64,000 bases of DNA from contig OZ024745.1 in NCBI GenBank assembly GCA_964016885.1, forward strand, positions 21,080,001-21,144,000, given 5' to 3'. The notes under the pieces are model-generated. The model did no database searches, was not told the DNA's origin, and saw nothing but the letters and a program-made list of their open reading frames with translations. The DNA comes from Eledone cirrhosa. Its lineage: Eukaryota. Both the position numbers and the translations under genes were made by a program. Below, in pieces: positions 13,912 through 26,374 of the stretch (position 1 is the first letter of the stretch; each line of letters starts with the position of its first letter).

Positions 13912-15636
13912 ATGACGAAAACAACGAAAAAAAAAAAATTTGAAAAATTGCATGACAATACTAATAACACAAACAAAGACACAACAAACAAAAAAATAAC
14001 AGTTGAAAATAACATCATATCAGAAAACAAAGCAGACGACCAGATTTCATTTGCACAGAAAACAAAGAAATCTTTGACTTATATAGCGGAAAACATTTCA
14101 GATGTGGTACGAAGGATCACGGACGCAAAACAATACATAAGTGAAGGTGAGAATGGTATTTTATTGGTAAAAATGCCTCAAGAATTCACGAAAGACATTG
14201 AAAGCCGAACGGTCAAGTTTCGGACCATCAACAACAGTACAAAAAAACCTGAACAGCCTTCTCAAGCAGATATCAAAACAGTACTCGCAGAAGTACTGAA
14301 TGAAACAACTTTCATAAGAAAAGACAGACTGTATGGAAGTCTAGCAATTATCATGAAGAACGAATCGGCAGCAAAAAAATGTGCTTTGTCACCGATTCGT
14401 TCGAAAAATTTCACCTTTTATCCATCTTATATGGGAAAAAAAACTCAACGCATATGGCTGGATGCAATGATGCCAGATGTGGACTACTGCTGGCTCATAG
14501 CTGGCTTCATCGATCCAGTGAATGACAACGTGATTTCCATTGGGAAAACCACAGGCAATGCGTTCAGTGGAACAGGTATAGAGCTGGTAGTACAAATGAA
14601 GCCTGAACGCATCGCCCAAATACCCGACAGAATCCTATTAGAGGACCACGGGTATATAAACATTAGCGTGGAGGGGAGAAGGCCGTCCTGCCATATCTGT
14701 GCAGGCAGAGGGCACCTGAAGGCCGCTTGTCCCCAACTCAACAAAAAGAAAACCCTGCTACCAACACCAGCTCCACCACCACCACCACAACAGATAAACA
14801 AACAACAAAACTCAGTCCCACCCAACCCGTCCCTCAGTAACACCACAACACCACCACAACACAAACAGTCACAACACATTACCCCAAAACAAAATACAGG
14901 CCCACCCAACCTCTCACTCAATAAAACAACACAACCACCGCAGACACAACACACAACACAGTCTAACATAGTGACATCCATCTCCCCCACAAAGAAAACC
15001 AACACGGAAACATTACCAGCAAACATACCTCTTCCCTCCAACACTGAAGATAACCCAACGAATTCGGAGGAAGAAACGGAGTCCTTCAGACAGATTAAAA
15101 GGAAAAAAAGAAAACATGTGCAAAACACACAAGGACAAACAACCCCCACCCAAATCGCAACACAATCTAACAAAACAGAAAACACCCCTCCAGCAACAAA
15201 CAAAACCAAACCTGCCCCTCCCCTCTTCGAAACACTCACACCATCGGAAAAAAAGACATTACACTATACTTACATCAACAGAAACAATAATAAATTAAAT
15301 GAACTCATATACAATAATCCTTCGGTACAAACCGAAGGTGTAAACTTTGTTTCATCAGAAAACCACCCACATTTAAAACTAATAAAAATCCCAATGAACC
15401 TCTACCAAAAACTAAAAAAGGATTTTAAGGAGGACGTAGGACCACCCTCTGTCAAACCCATAAACCGCGTCCTACTAAAAAGCTTTCCCCCTCCCCTTCC
15501 CCTCCCCAACACAACTCCAAACACCCCAACCCCACCACACACCGACGACCCTACACCACCACAAGACACCCCTTCACCCAACACCCCCGACCCCATGGAA
15601 GTCGTGCAACCCGAACCCCGGGAAGCGGAAAGGTAG
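13912..15636 (+). CDS. LINE ORF1 nucleic-acid-binding protein
   Basis: 574 aa; CHICAGRGHLKAAC (CX2CX4HX4C) followed by a P/T/Q-rich tail; ends 33 bp before ORF2. Confidence 0.85.
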   Translation: MTKTTKKKKFEKLHDNTNNTNKDTTNKKITVENNIISENKADDQISFAQKTKKSLTYIAENISDVVRRITDAKQYISEGENGILLVKMPQEFTKDIESRTVKFRTINNSTKKPEQPSQADIKTVLAEVLNETTFIRKDRLYGSLAIIMKNESAAKKCALSPIRSKNFTFYPSYMGKKTQRIWLDAMMPDVDYCWLIAGFIDPVNDNVISIGKTTGNAFSGTGIELVVQMKPERIAQIPDRILLEDHGYINISVEGRRPSCHICAGRGHLKAACPQLNKKKTLLPTPAPPPPPQQINKQQNSVPPNPSLSNTTTPPQHKQSQHITPKQNTGPPNLSLNKTTQPPQTQHTTQSNIVTSISPTKKTNTETLPANIPLPSNTEDNPTNSEEETESFRQIKRKKRKHVQNTQGQTTPTQIATQSNKTENTPPATNKTKPAPPLFETLTPSEKKTLHYTYINRNNNKLNELIYNNPSVQTEGVNFVSSENHPHLKLIKIPMNLYQKLKKDFKEDVGPPSVKPINRVLLKSFPPPLPLPNTTPNTPTPPHTDDPTPPQDTPSPNTPDPMEVVQPEPREAER

Positions 15637-15669
15637 GTCTCTACACTCTCCTTTGGCTCTGCCGCCCAC

Positions 15670-18600
15670 ATGGATGTGTTAAGAGTAGGATGTTTGAATG
15701 CACGTGGCCTGGGCTCAACTTGGAAGCAAGCAAAGCTTCTAAATGACCTCAGGTCATGTAGTATAAATGTAATGGTTATCTGTGAGACTCGAATCAGCGT
15801 CATGCGGCAGCTGGCCCCCACCTTCGATGACTTTGAGGTGCATGCATCTCTCTGTCAACCTGGAGGTGGGGGTGGGGTTGTCGTGCTGATGCAAAAACAC
15901 CTGGGTCTTGCCGTACAGGTTGTGCACTCGGACCCGGAGGGTCGTTTGTTGGTGCTAGACGTTGGCAGTAGTGAAAGTGCGGCCTTGAGACTGGTCGCCG
16001 TCTACTCCCCTTTCGGAGCTGAACGGCCCGACTTCTTCCAGCGTTTGGAGACTTTTCTGGGAACGTCGCGTTCCCTGCTTCTAGCGGGGGATTGGAATGA
16101 CATCCTAGATGCACGTTGGGACTATGCAGGAGCATGTCCTAATAGAGGGGGGTGTAACAGCCTCAAGGGGTTACTCGACCGTTTTAACTTGGTCGATAGA
16201 TATCGACTAGATTTTCCAACTGTGCCTACCTGGACTTGGAGAAACCACAGTGGTCAATCTAGATCGTACTTAGATAGATTCTTAGTTAGAAGTAAGGATA
16301 GGGACATATTAAGCTGTCCAGAAATGCGCACGGTTGGCTACACGGATCACAAATTAGTGACCTGCGTGGTCAATCTCGAGAAAACACATAGACAGGGTCC
16401 CGGTTACTGGAAACTTAATTTGTCTTTACCGGCAAAAGAGACTTACAGAAACCGGATTAGCAGATTAGTTAAGGAGAGGTTGACGGGTGCAATCGTCAAC
16501 AACCGATGGTGGGCATCTCTCAAAAGAGAGATTAGAACAGAATCAATAAGTTATAGCAAGATGTTAGCTGCCAATAGGAATAGAAACGAGAAAGAATTAA
16601 CAGGTAAATTAGAAGAGGCAATCAAGAGCGAAGATGTGGCCAGAGTGCTGGCATCGAGGACGGCCTTGAACCAGTTTTTCGATGCAAAGCATGAAGGCTG
16701 CGTCATTCGAAGTAAAATACGTGCTCTAGGTAATGAGGGGGCCAAAGCCGTTGGATGGGCCCGCGTGACAGAAGCTAAAAGTGGAAATCGATCCACCATC
16801 CGGTCGTTGCAAGACGAAGATGGACGAGTGATCCGGGAGCCTAAGCAGATGTGCGAGGCCTTTCAAAAGCACTTTGCCCGATTGTTCGGGGGAGGCGGGG
16901 GTCCGGGCCGAGGCGTGGATTTCGGTCCATACCTCGACGGCCTGCCGCGTCTCTCGAACAAAGAGGCGGAGTCCTGCGAGGGACCAATCTCGGCTGATGA
17001 GATCGGAGATGCGCTGAGCCAATGCAGCAGACGCAAATCTCCAGGTCTCGATGGTATACCTTACGAACTTTATTTAGCAATGCCGGTCTTCTTCTCCGAA
17101 CTCCTCGAAGCGGTCTACTGCAATTGGCAGCAGAACGGGAGAATTCCTTGTTCTGTAGCCAAGGGCGTAGTCACGCTGGTGAGGAAGGACGAGAACAAGG
17201 GGGATAGTATAAATAATTTTCGGCCCATAACCCTGCTAAACACAGAGTTAAAGATTTTGGCCAAGGTGTTAGCAAAGAGGTTGGCGCTTGTCGTGGGTGG
17301 CCTGGTGGGAGATGCGCAGACATGTGCTATCCCATCCAGGTCCATTCACGATAACCTCCACCTCATGCGATACATCATAGAGAGGGTTGGCAACAAACCC
17401 GGCTTCGGTGGGGCCCTGATCAACTTGGATCAGTCTAAGGCCTTCGATAGGGTCGACCATGGTTACCTGGATGCGGTGCTAGCGGCGGCTGGGTTCGGTC
17501 CTGTTTTCAGAGGCTGGATCACTGCCCTACATAGCAACCACATCTGTTCTAGGATCAAGGTGAACGGCTACCTTTCGAAGCCGTTCGAAATCACACGATC
17601 CATTCGACAGGGGTGCCCTCTCTCCTCCCTTCTGTACGTATTGACTCTCGAGCCTTTACTGAGGAAGTTGGAGTTGTTGCAGGGTATCCCCCTGGAACCA
17701 GGATTGAGCAAAGCGGTGTCGGCCTACGCCGATGACGTAACAGTAATGGTATCAACCGACTCGGAGATCGAGGCGATCGGTACCTTACTGGAGGAGTACG
17801 AAAGGTTGTCAGGAGCGAAACTGAACCGGGAAAAATCCATCGGGCTGCAACTCGGAACGTGGAGAGGCAGACCTATGCCTCCCGATGGTGTCGTCGGACA
17901 CTGGACGGAGGGCCCGGTAAAGTTGCTTGGGGTCTGGTTTGGACCGGACCTCCAGGTGGAAAAGAACTGGAACGAGGTTACGAACAAGGTGTTTGCACTA
18001 ACCCAGAAATGGGCCAAGTGTAAGCTGTCCCTAAAAGGCCGGGCGGAGGTGGCGAACATTTACATAGCGTCCGTCACTTACTACCGCCTGACTGTCGTGC
18101 CTTGCCCTAAGGAAACACTCACCACCATGGAACGCATGCTCTTCCAATTTCTTTGGAAGAAGCGTCCTCCTATGGTGAGAAGATCCATCTGCTGCCAACA
18201 ACCTTCGAAAGGAGGGCTGGGGATGCCGTGGTTGATGATGCGTAGGCACGCATTAAGGCTACGGCACCTACAGGTCTTCCTCACTGGTCAACCGGTGTGG
18301 GCTCCGTTCGTGAAACGAGCCTTTCCGAGACTCGTCTCACTCACCGAGCTACAGTCCTGGGTCAAGCAAAGATCCGGAAAACTGGGAGACTGGCACACTG
18401 AGTGTGCTCAGGCGCTCAGGGCTCTCTGGTAAGCGGGCCGGGCCATCGGTGGAGAATCCACCTCATCATTCTATAGAGGGCTGGTGGCTAGCAGGGGCGA
18501 TGACACCCTTGGAGAGTCGCTGGACATGGAAGAAGACGAACTGGCCAGCCTGTTCGGTAGGACTTTCGGCCCAGGACCAATGGACAACTTCCAGAAGTCA

Positions 18601-19107
18601 CTGGCCTGGCAGTGCTACCGGGGGGCTCTACCCGTTCGAGAGAGGCTCTACAGACACGGGCGCCCGGGCAGGGATCCCTCAAAAAAGATTTGCCCTAGAT
18701 GCGTGCGTCACGAAGAAACCGTAGCGCACGCATTGGTGCAATGTCCGGGCGTGGCTGATCTGTGGGGCTACGCCGAACAACTGCTGTCGCGGGTGGCGCC
18801 GATTAAATTGACCGCCGAGTCTGTGATGACAATCAAACCGCCTCCCCTCTTCACAAAGGAAGCAAAGGCGGTTTTTCTGTGCGTAATAGCCATGTTGAAA
18901 GAGGTTGTTTGGTGGACACGATTGAAAGGTCTGAGGTCAGGCAACTTCCTCTCTGGCCATAGTCTGGTCTACTTCTTCCGATATCACTTCGGAAGAAGGA
19001 TAAGAATGGAGAGAGAGGTGCTTGGCCACAGGCAGTTTTATGAAAGGTGGGTGATAGTGGCGAGAATGGCTCGTGTAAATGGGCCTTCTCTGTATACCAT
19101 CCTGTAG
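15670..19107 (+). pseudogene. LINE ORF2 (APE endonuclease + reverse transcriptase + C-terminal Zn finger) with one in-frame stop at 18430-18432
   Basis: LNARGL, GDWN, YLDR, TDH (APE); KSPGLDG, FRPITLLN, KAFD, RQGCPLS, YADD (RT); CPRC..ETVAHALVQC. ORFs at 15670 and 18484 are in the same frame. Confidence 0.92.
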
Positions 19108-20460
19108 GTAAAGAAGTAAAGGAGAGGGGAGCACCTTCTCCATGTGCTCCCCGGGCAAAGGATTGCACACTTTTTCGGGGGTGTGTGCAACCCCCATCAC
19201 GTCCCCTCCCTTTTGAGGTTATTTTCGATTATTTTCACGTTACACCCTTTTTACTCGATTATATGTAAACTCCCCCTTTGTATTTGTCCCTTCTTTTTAT
19301 GCCTTTATGGTAAATAAAGAAATGTATCTATCTATCTATCTATCCTCCTCTCTCTCTATCTATCTATCTCTCTATCTATCTATCCCCCTCTCTCTCCCTC
19401 TATCTATCTATCTATCCCTTATCTCTCTCTCTCTCTCTTTATATATATATTGCTGGTGGAGGTGGTGGTGGTGGTGGTGGTGGTGGTGGTCGAGGTGGTG
19501 GTGGTGGTGGTGGTGGTGGTGATGGTGGTGGTAGTGATGGTGGTGGAGGTGGTGGTGGTGGTGTTGGTGGTGGAGGTGGTGTTGGTGGTGGAGGTGGTGG
19601 TGTTGGTGGTGGTGGTGGTGGTGGTGTTGGTGATGGTGTTGGTGGTGGTGTTGGTGTTGGTGGTGGTGGTAGTGTTGGTGGTAGTAGTGGTGATGGTGGT
19701 GTTGGTGTTGGAGGTAGTGGTGGTGGTAATGGTGGTGGTGGTGTTGTTGCTGTTGGTGGTAATGGTGGTGTTGGTGGTAGTGGTGGTGGTGGTGGTAGTG
19801 GTGGTGGTGGTGGTGGTGGTGGTAATAGTGGTGTTGGTGGTGTTGGTGGTGGTGTTGGTGTTGTTGGTAGTGGTGGGGTGGTTGGTGGTGTTGGTAGTGG
19901 TGTTGGTAGTGGAGGTGGTGGCGGTGGTGGTGATGCTGGTGGTGTTTGTAGTGGTTGTGTTAGTGGTGGTGTTGGTGGTGGTGGAGGTGGTGGTGTTGGT
20001 GGTGGTGGTGTTGTTGGTGGCGGTGTTGTTGGTGGTGTTGGTGGTGGTGTTGGTAGTAGAGGTGGTGGCGGTGGTGGTGATGCTGGTGGTGTTTGTAGTG
20101 GTGGTGTTAGTGGTGGTGGTGGTGGTGTTTGTAGTGGTTGTGTTAGTGGTGTTTGTAGTGGTGGTGTTGGTGGTGGTGGTGGTGGTGGTAGTGGTGGTGG
20201 TAGTGGTGGTGTTAGTGGTGGTGTTGGTGGTAGTGGTGGTGGTGGTGGTGTTGGTGGTGTTGTTGTTGTTGGCAATGCTGTTGCTATTGTTAAGTTGTTT
20301 TTTTACTGGCGGTTTTGTTTGTATAGTTGTTGTTGGCAATGTTGTTGGTGTTGTTCTTGATTAGGTTTTATTGTGTTGTTATTGGCAGCGTTGTTGGTGT
20401 TGTTGTTGGTATTGTTGTTGGTGTTGCAGAGAGAGAGGGAGCGAGCGAGAGAGAGAGAGA

Positions 20461-20533
<73 letters not shown>

Positions 20534-20989
20534 GGTGGTGACAGTGGTAGGTATGATGAAAATATTGTTATTCCTTCTTTACAGCAGCTGCCATTGTTTT
20601 CCTAATTATTTAGCGTTTGTTGTCACTGTTGTTGTTGTTGTTGTTCTTCTTCTTCTTGTATTTTGAATCTTTTTTTGTTATACTTGTATATGTTATTGTT
20701 GTATTTTCTCTTTTGTTTGTTTTTGTCTCATACTCTCGTATGTTGTTATTCGGTTATTTTTTAAATCTTTTTATCTGTTTTTCATTTTTACTCTTGTGTA
20801 TGTTTTTGTTGTTGTTGTTGTTGCTGTAAACAGTTTATTGTTATGTTTTATTTATGTATTTTGTTATTTATTTATTTTCTTTATGGCATCACATATTTAG
20901 CTGACATGTTTGTATTGTGACAGCCTTGAGGTATTGTAATGTAGTGTAACTTAAAGTGAGATAGAACTGTTGTTTACTATGTAGTGTAA

Positions 20990-21695
20990 TATAGTATGTT
21001 GTGTATAACACAGTGTGTTGTTTGCTATAGTACATAGTATGTGGTATAGTTGGTGTGTGGTATAGTGTAGTGTTGGTGTGTGGTATAGTGTAGTGTCGTG
21101 TAATGAGGTGTAGTGTTGGTGTGGGGTATAGTGTAGTGTTGGTGTGTGGTATAGTGTAGTGTCGTGTAATGAGGTGTAGTGTTGGTGTGGGGTATAGTGT
21201 AGTGTTGGTGTGTGGTATATTTACAATGTGGTATGTTATATAGTTGGTGTGTGGTATAATGTAGTGTTGGTGTGTGGTATAGTGTAGTGTTTGTGTGTGG
21301 TATAGTGTAGTGTTTGTGTGTAGTATAGTGTAGTGTTGGTGTGTGGTATAGTGTAGTGTCGTGTAATGAAGTGTAGCTCAGTATGGTATAATGCAGTGTA
21401 GTGCAGTGTAGTGCTGTGTTGTGTTGTGAAACCCAGTGTGGTATAGTTTGTCATGTAGTATTGTGTAAGGTAACTCAGTATAGTGCAGTAAAACTGTCAA
21501 AGGGTGTATTAGTGTATTAGTGTTAGTGTATTAGTATTAGTGTATTAGTGTATTAGTGTATTAGTATTAGTGTATTAGTATTAGTGTATTAGTATTAGTG
21601 CATCAGTGTATTAGTGTATTAGTATTAGTGTATTAGTATTAGTGTATTAGTATTAGTGTATTAGTATTAGTGTATTAGTGTATTAGTGTATTAGT
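20990..21695. repeat. (TAGTG)-based minisatellite followed by a (TATTAG/TGTATTAG)n array
   Basis: Directly visible. Confidence 0.9.
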
Positions 21696-21891
21696 ACAGT
21701 GTAGTTAAACTGAGTAATCGTACCATGCAATAAAGTTTCCACCTGTGCAGGTGTGCTCGCCTCTAATAAGATTGTGTCGTATGAGATTTGAATGATTGTA
21801 AATATAGGGTCACTTGTCCTGTCATGTCATTTTCCCGGTGACAGAAAATGGGTTTGAACACATAAAGAACTGGAACAAATGCCGATGCCCT

Positions 21892-21958
<67 letters not shown>

Positions 21959-21986
21959 ATCAAAAGATGGTTAAAAGAGTTCCATG

Positions 21987-22057
21987 TATTTTATTATGCG
22001 CATTTCAAAAACAAATATCATCATGCGATGACATTTGCGTTTTCGTCAGATAAAATA
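21987..22057 (-). ncRNA. Minimal type I hammerhead ribozyme
   Basis: Inverted copy of 22179-22249 with intact CTGACGA / GAAA / ATA core. Confidence 0.8.
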
Positions 22058-22178
22058 GGGAGACATGATATGAAGGTTAAAAAATACTTGTGAATAGTGC
22101 AGTTTTAAATCATCATATTATCATCATATAAAACTGCACTATTCACAAGTGTTTCTTAACCTTCATATCATGTCTCCC

Positions 22179-22249
22179 TATTTTATCTGACGAAAACGCA
22201 AATGTCATCGCGTGATGATATTTGTTTTTGAAATGCGCATAATAAAATA
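22179..22249 (+). ncRNA. Minimal type I hammerhead ribozyme
   Basis: TATTTTAT CTGACGA [helix II, 15 of 16 positions paired including G-U] GAAA TGCGCA TA ATAAAATA; 8-bp helix I; palindromic helix III ATGCGCAT. Confidence 0.85.
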
Positions 22250-22368
22250 CATGGAACTCTTTTAACCATCTTTTGTTCTTATATATTATTTATACTCCAG
22301 TCCTACAAACTGTAGAGTACTACTTATCCGATATCTGCATTGCTTTATTGTACTACAATAAAACTCAC

Positions 22369-22414
<46 letters not shown>

Positions 22415-22751
22415 CGCAAGCTCTGATGAATTTACTGGTTACAACTATGTATTGGTGATCGAATGACGCGAAAACAGGCGGGTAGCGATCTCTAGACCTA
22501 CCAGTTCAGAGAAACAATTGTCAGCAATGAGATTAAAAACCTTTTTTGTATAGCAAACCGTATCACTCTTCTTTCCTGATTTATCATTACTCCAAGTGTT
22601 AACAACATAGAAATTACCGCGTACTCGCAGCATCACTATGGAAACGCCTTATTGAGTCAAACTTAGCCAAGCGTTGATACAATACACTACTCGGAGTACG
22701 CTAACTGGACTACATCTAAATGGACTCCCTATAACAATAATCTGTTATCCC

Positions 22752-24723
<1,972 letters not shown>

Positions 24724-24937
24724 ATCCATGTTGTAGAAGAAAAAAGTAAAGGACCATCAAAAGGTTTACAATATGAGGGTTAGCGCTCAACCGTTAAGGA
24801 GCAAGTTAATGTAGGAGGTGAGTTTTATTGTAGTACAATAAAGCAATGCAGATATCGGATAAGAAGCACTCTACAGTTTGTAGGACTGGAGTATACATAA
24901 TATATAAGAACAAAAAGATGGTTAAAAGAGTTCCATG

Positions 24938-25008
24938 TATTTTATTATGCGCATTTCAAAAACAAATATCATCATGCAATAATATTTGTGTTTTCATCAG
25001 ATAAAATA
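24938..25008 (-). ncRNA. Minimal type I hammerhead ribozyme (same family as 22179)
   Basis: Minus strand: TATTTTAT CTGATGA ...GAAA TGCGCA TA ATAAAATA, within a 250-bp inverted copy of about 22129-22371. Confidence 0.8.
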
Positions 25009-25372
25009 GGAAGACATGATATAAAGGTTAAAAAACACTTGTGGATAGTGCAGTTTTAAATCAACATATCAATATATATATATATATATATATATGATAA
25101 ATATGTACACTGGTTTAGACATTGGACTGTATCCATACTGTGACACTTCCCCGAGGGAAAGTAGCCGATCAGCTCCGGTACTTTTTTGTCTGATATTATT
25201 TTATCAACATCTGTTTTTTCGAACTGCTAGTCTATGGAAATATACAGACGCAACAGAAACACCTATATTTAGAGTGGAGTAAGCACTAATGCGAACACCA
25301 CACACACACGTACCTGTGAGTGAGTGAGAGAGAGGGAGAGAGAGAGAGAAAGAAAGAGAGAGAGAGAGGGGA

Positions 25373-25442
<70 letters not shown>

Positions 25443-25596
25443 AAGAAGTTATCGTCCACCAAGTCCCACTAGCACACAATTGGTAAATCGAAAGCTATGG
25501 TAGAAAGTACCTTTCGAGAGTGCTATGCAATGGGATAGAACGTGGAAAGCATGTAGTAGCAAGAACTTCTTCCCCATACAACTATAACTGTCTCTT

Positions 25597-25628
<32 letters not shown>

Positions 25629-26025
25629 TCACACAAACACATAACTCAGCTGTAATAGATATGTTCTTTACACAGCCTCTTACTGAGAAATATAAATGTA
25701 TGTGTGTTTATGTATGTTGTGTTTATGTATGTGTATTTATGTATGTGTGTTTATGTATGTGTGTTTATCTATGTGTGTTTATATATGTGTGTTTATGTAT
25801 GTGTGTTTATCTATGTGTGTTTATCTATGTGTGTTTATCTATGTGTGTTTATATATGTGTGTTTATGTATGTTCTTATAACCTGATCCATCTCTTAATCC
25901 TTCCATCTTTTATTCCAAGTTATATATGTCTTTATAAACATAGATTTATTGGGATTATTTTTATATTATTTAATTCTTTCATTACACTTGTTCTCAATAT
26001 ACTGACAAAAGAACTGTTTTTACAG

Positions 26026-26115
26026 ATGCTGTTGTCGCTCCTTAACACCATGTCTACTATGATTGAAAAGATCTATCATCAAATGCGCTCCAGCTATGAC
26101 CATCTCTGTGCCAAC
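26026..26115 (+). CDS. Candidate 90-bp phase 0-0 exon of an unidentified host gene
   Basis: CTGAC branch-like site, GTTTTTACAG acceptor, AC|GTAAGA donor; only one frame open (MLLSLLNTMSTMIEKIYHQMRSSYDHLCAN). Confidence 0.35.
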
Positions 26116-26374
26116 GTAAGAATTAAAAAAAATCTGGTGTGGGAGGCAGAGCAAGAGGCGATTATCTGAGTATAGATAGCAATATCGTTTATCTCTTAAA
26201 CCTTTAATATCTTGAAAACGAGGCGGCCATTTGGCCAAATTGTTCAAATGTACCATAGAATAATTTACGGTATTCTTTTCGGCTCTCTGTGTTCCAATAA
26301 CCCCAATTTCAGCTCCTTCTTTCGTCCTATCGGGGTTGATAAAAATTGTACTGCTACAGTATTGGAATAGGGTC

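Larger units (their letters stand above)
13523..19323 (+). mobile_element. Near full-length L1/Tx1-group non-LTR retrotransposon in a (TATC)n tract
   Basis: ORF1 with CCHC knuckle, ORF2 with APE-RT-zinc finger, AATAAA at 19313-19318, (TATC)n on both flanks. Confidence 0.92.

Noticed and set aside
21507-21695. Telomeric repeat
   Set aside because: Units are TATTAG/TGTATTAG, not TTAGGG or TTAGG.
21720-21895. Exon in a unique island
   Set aside because: Stops in all frames tested between plausible splice sites.
22423-22490. Hammerhead at CTGATGA 22423
   Set aside because: A helix II is plausible but GAAA is not adjacent and helix I does not close.
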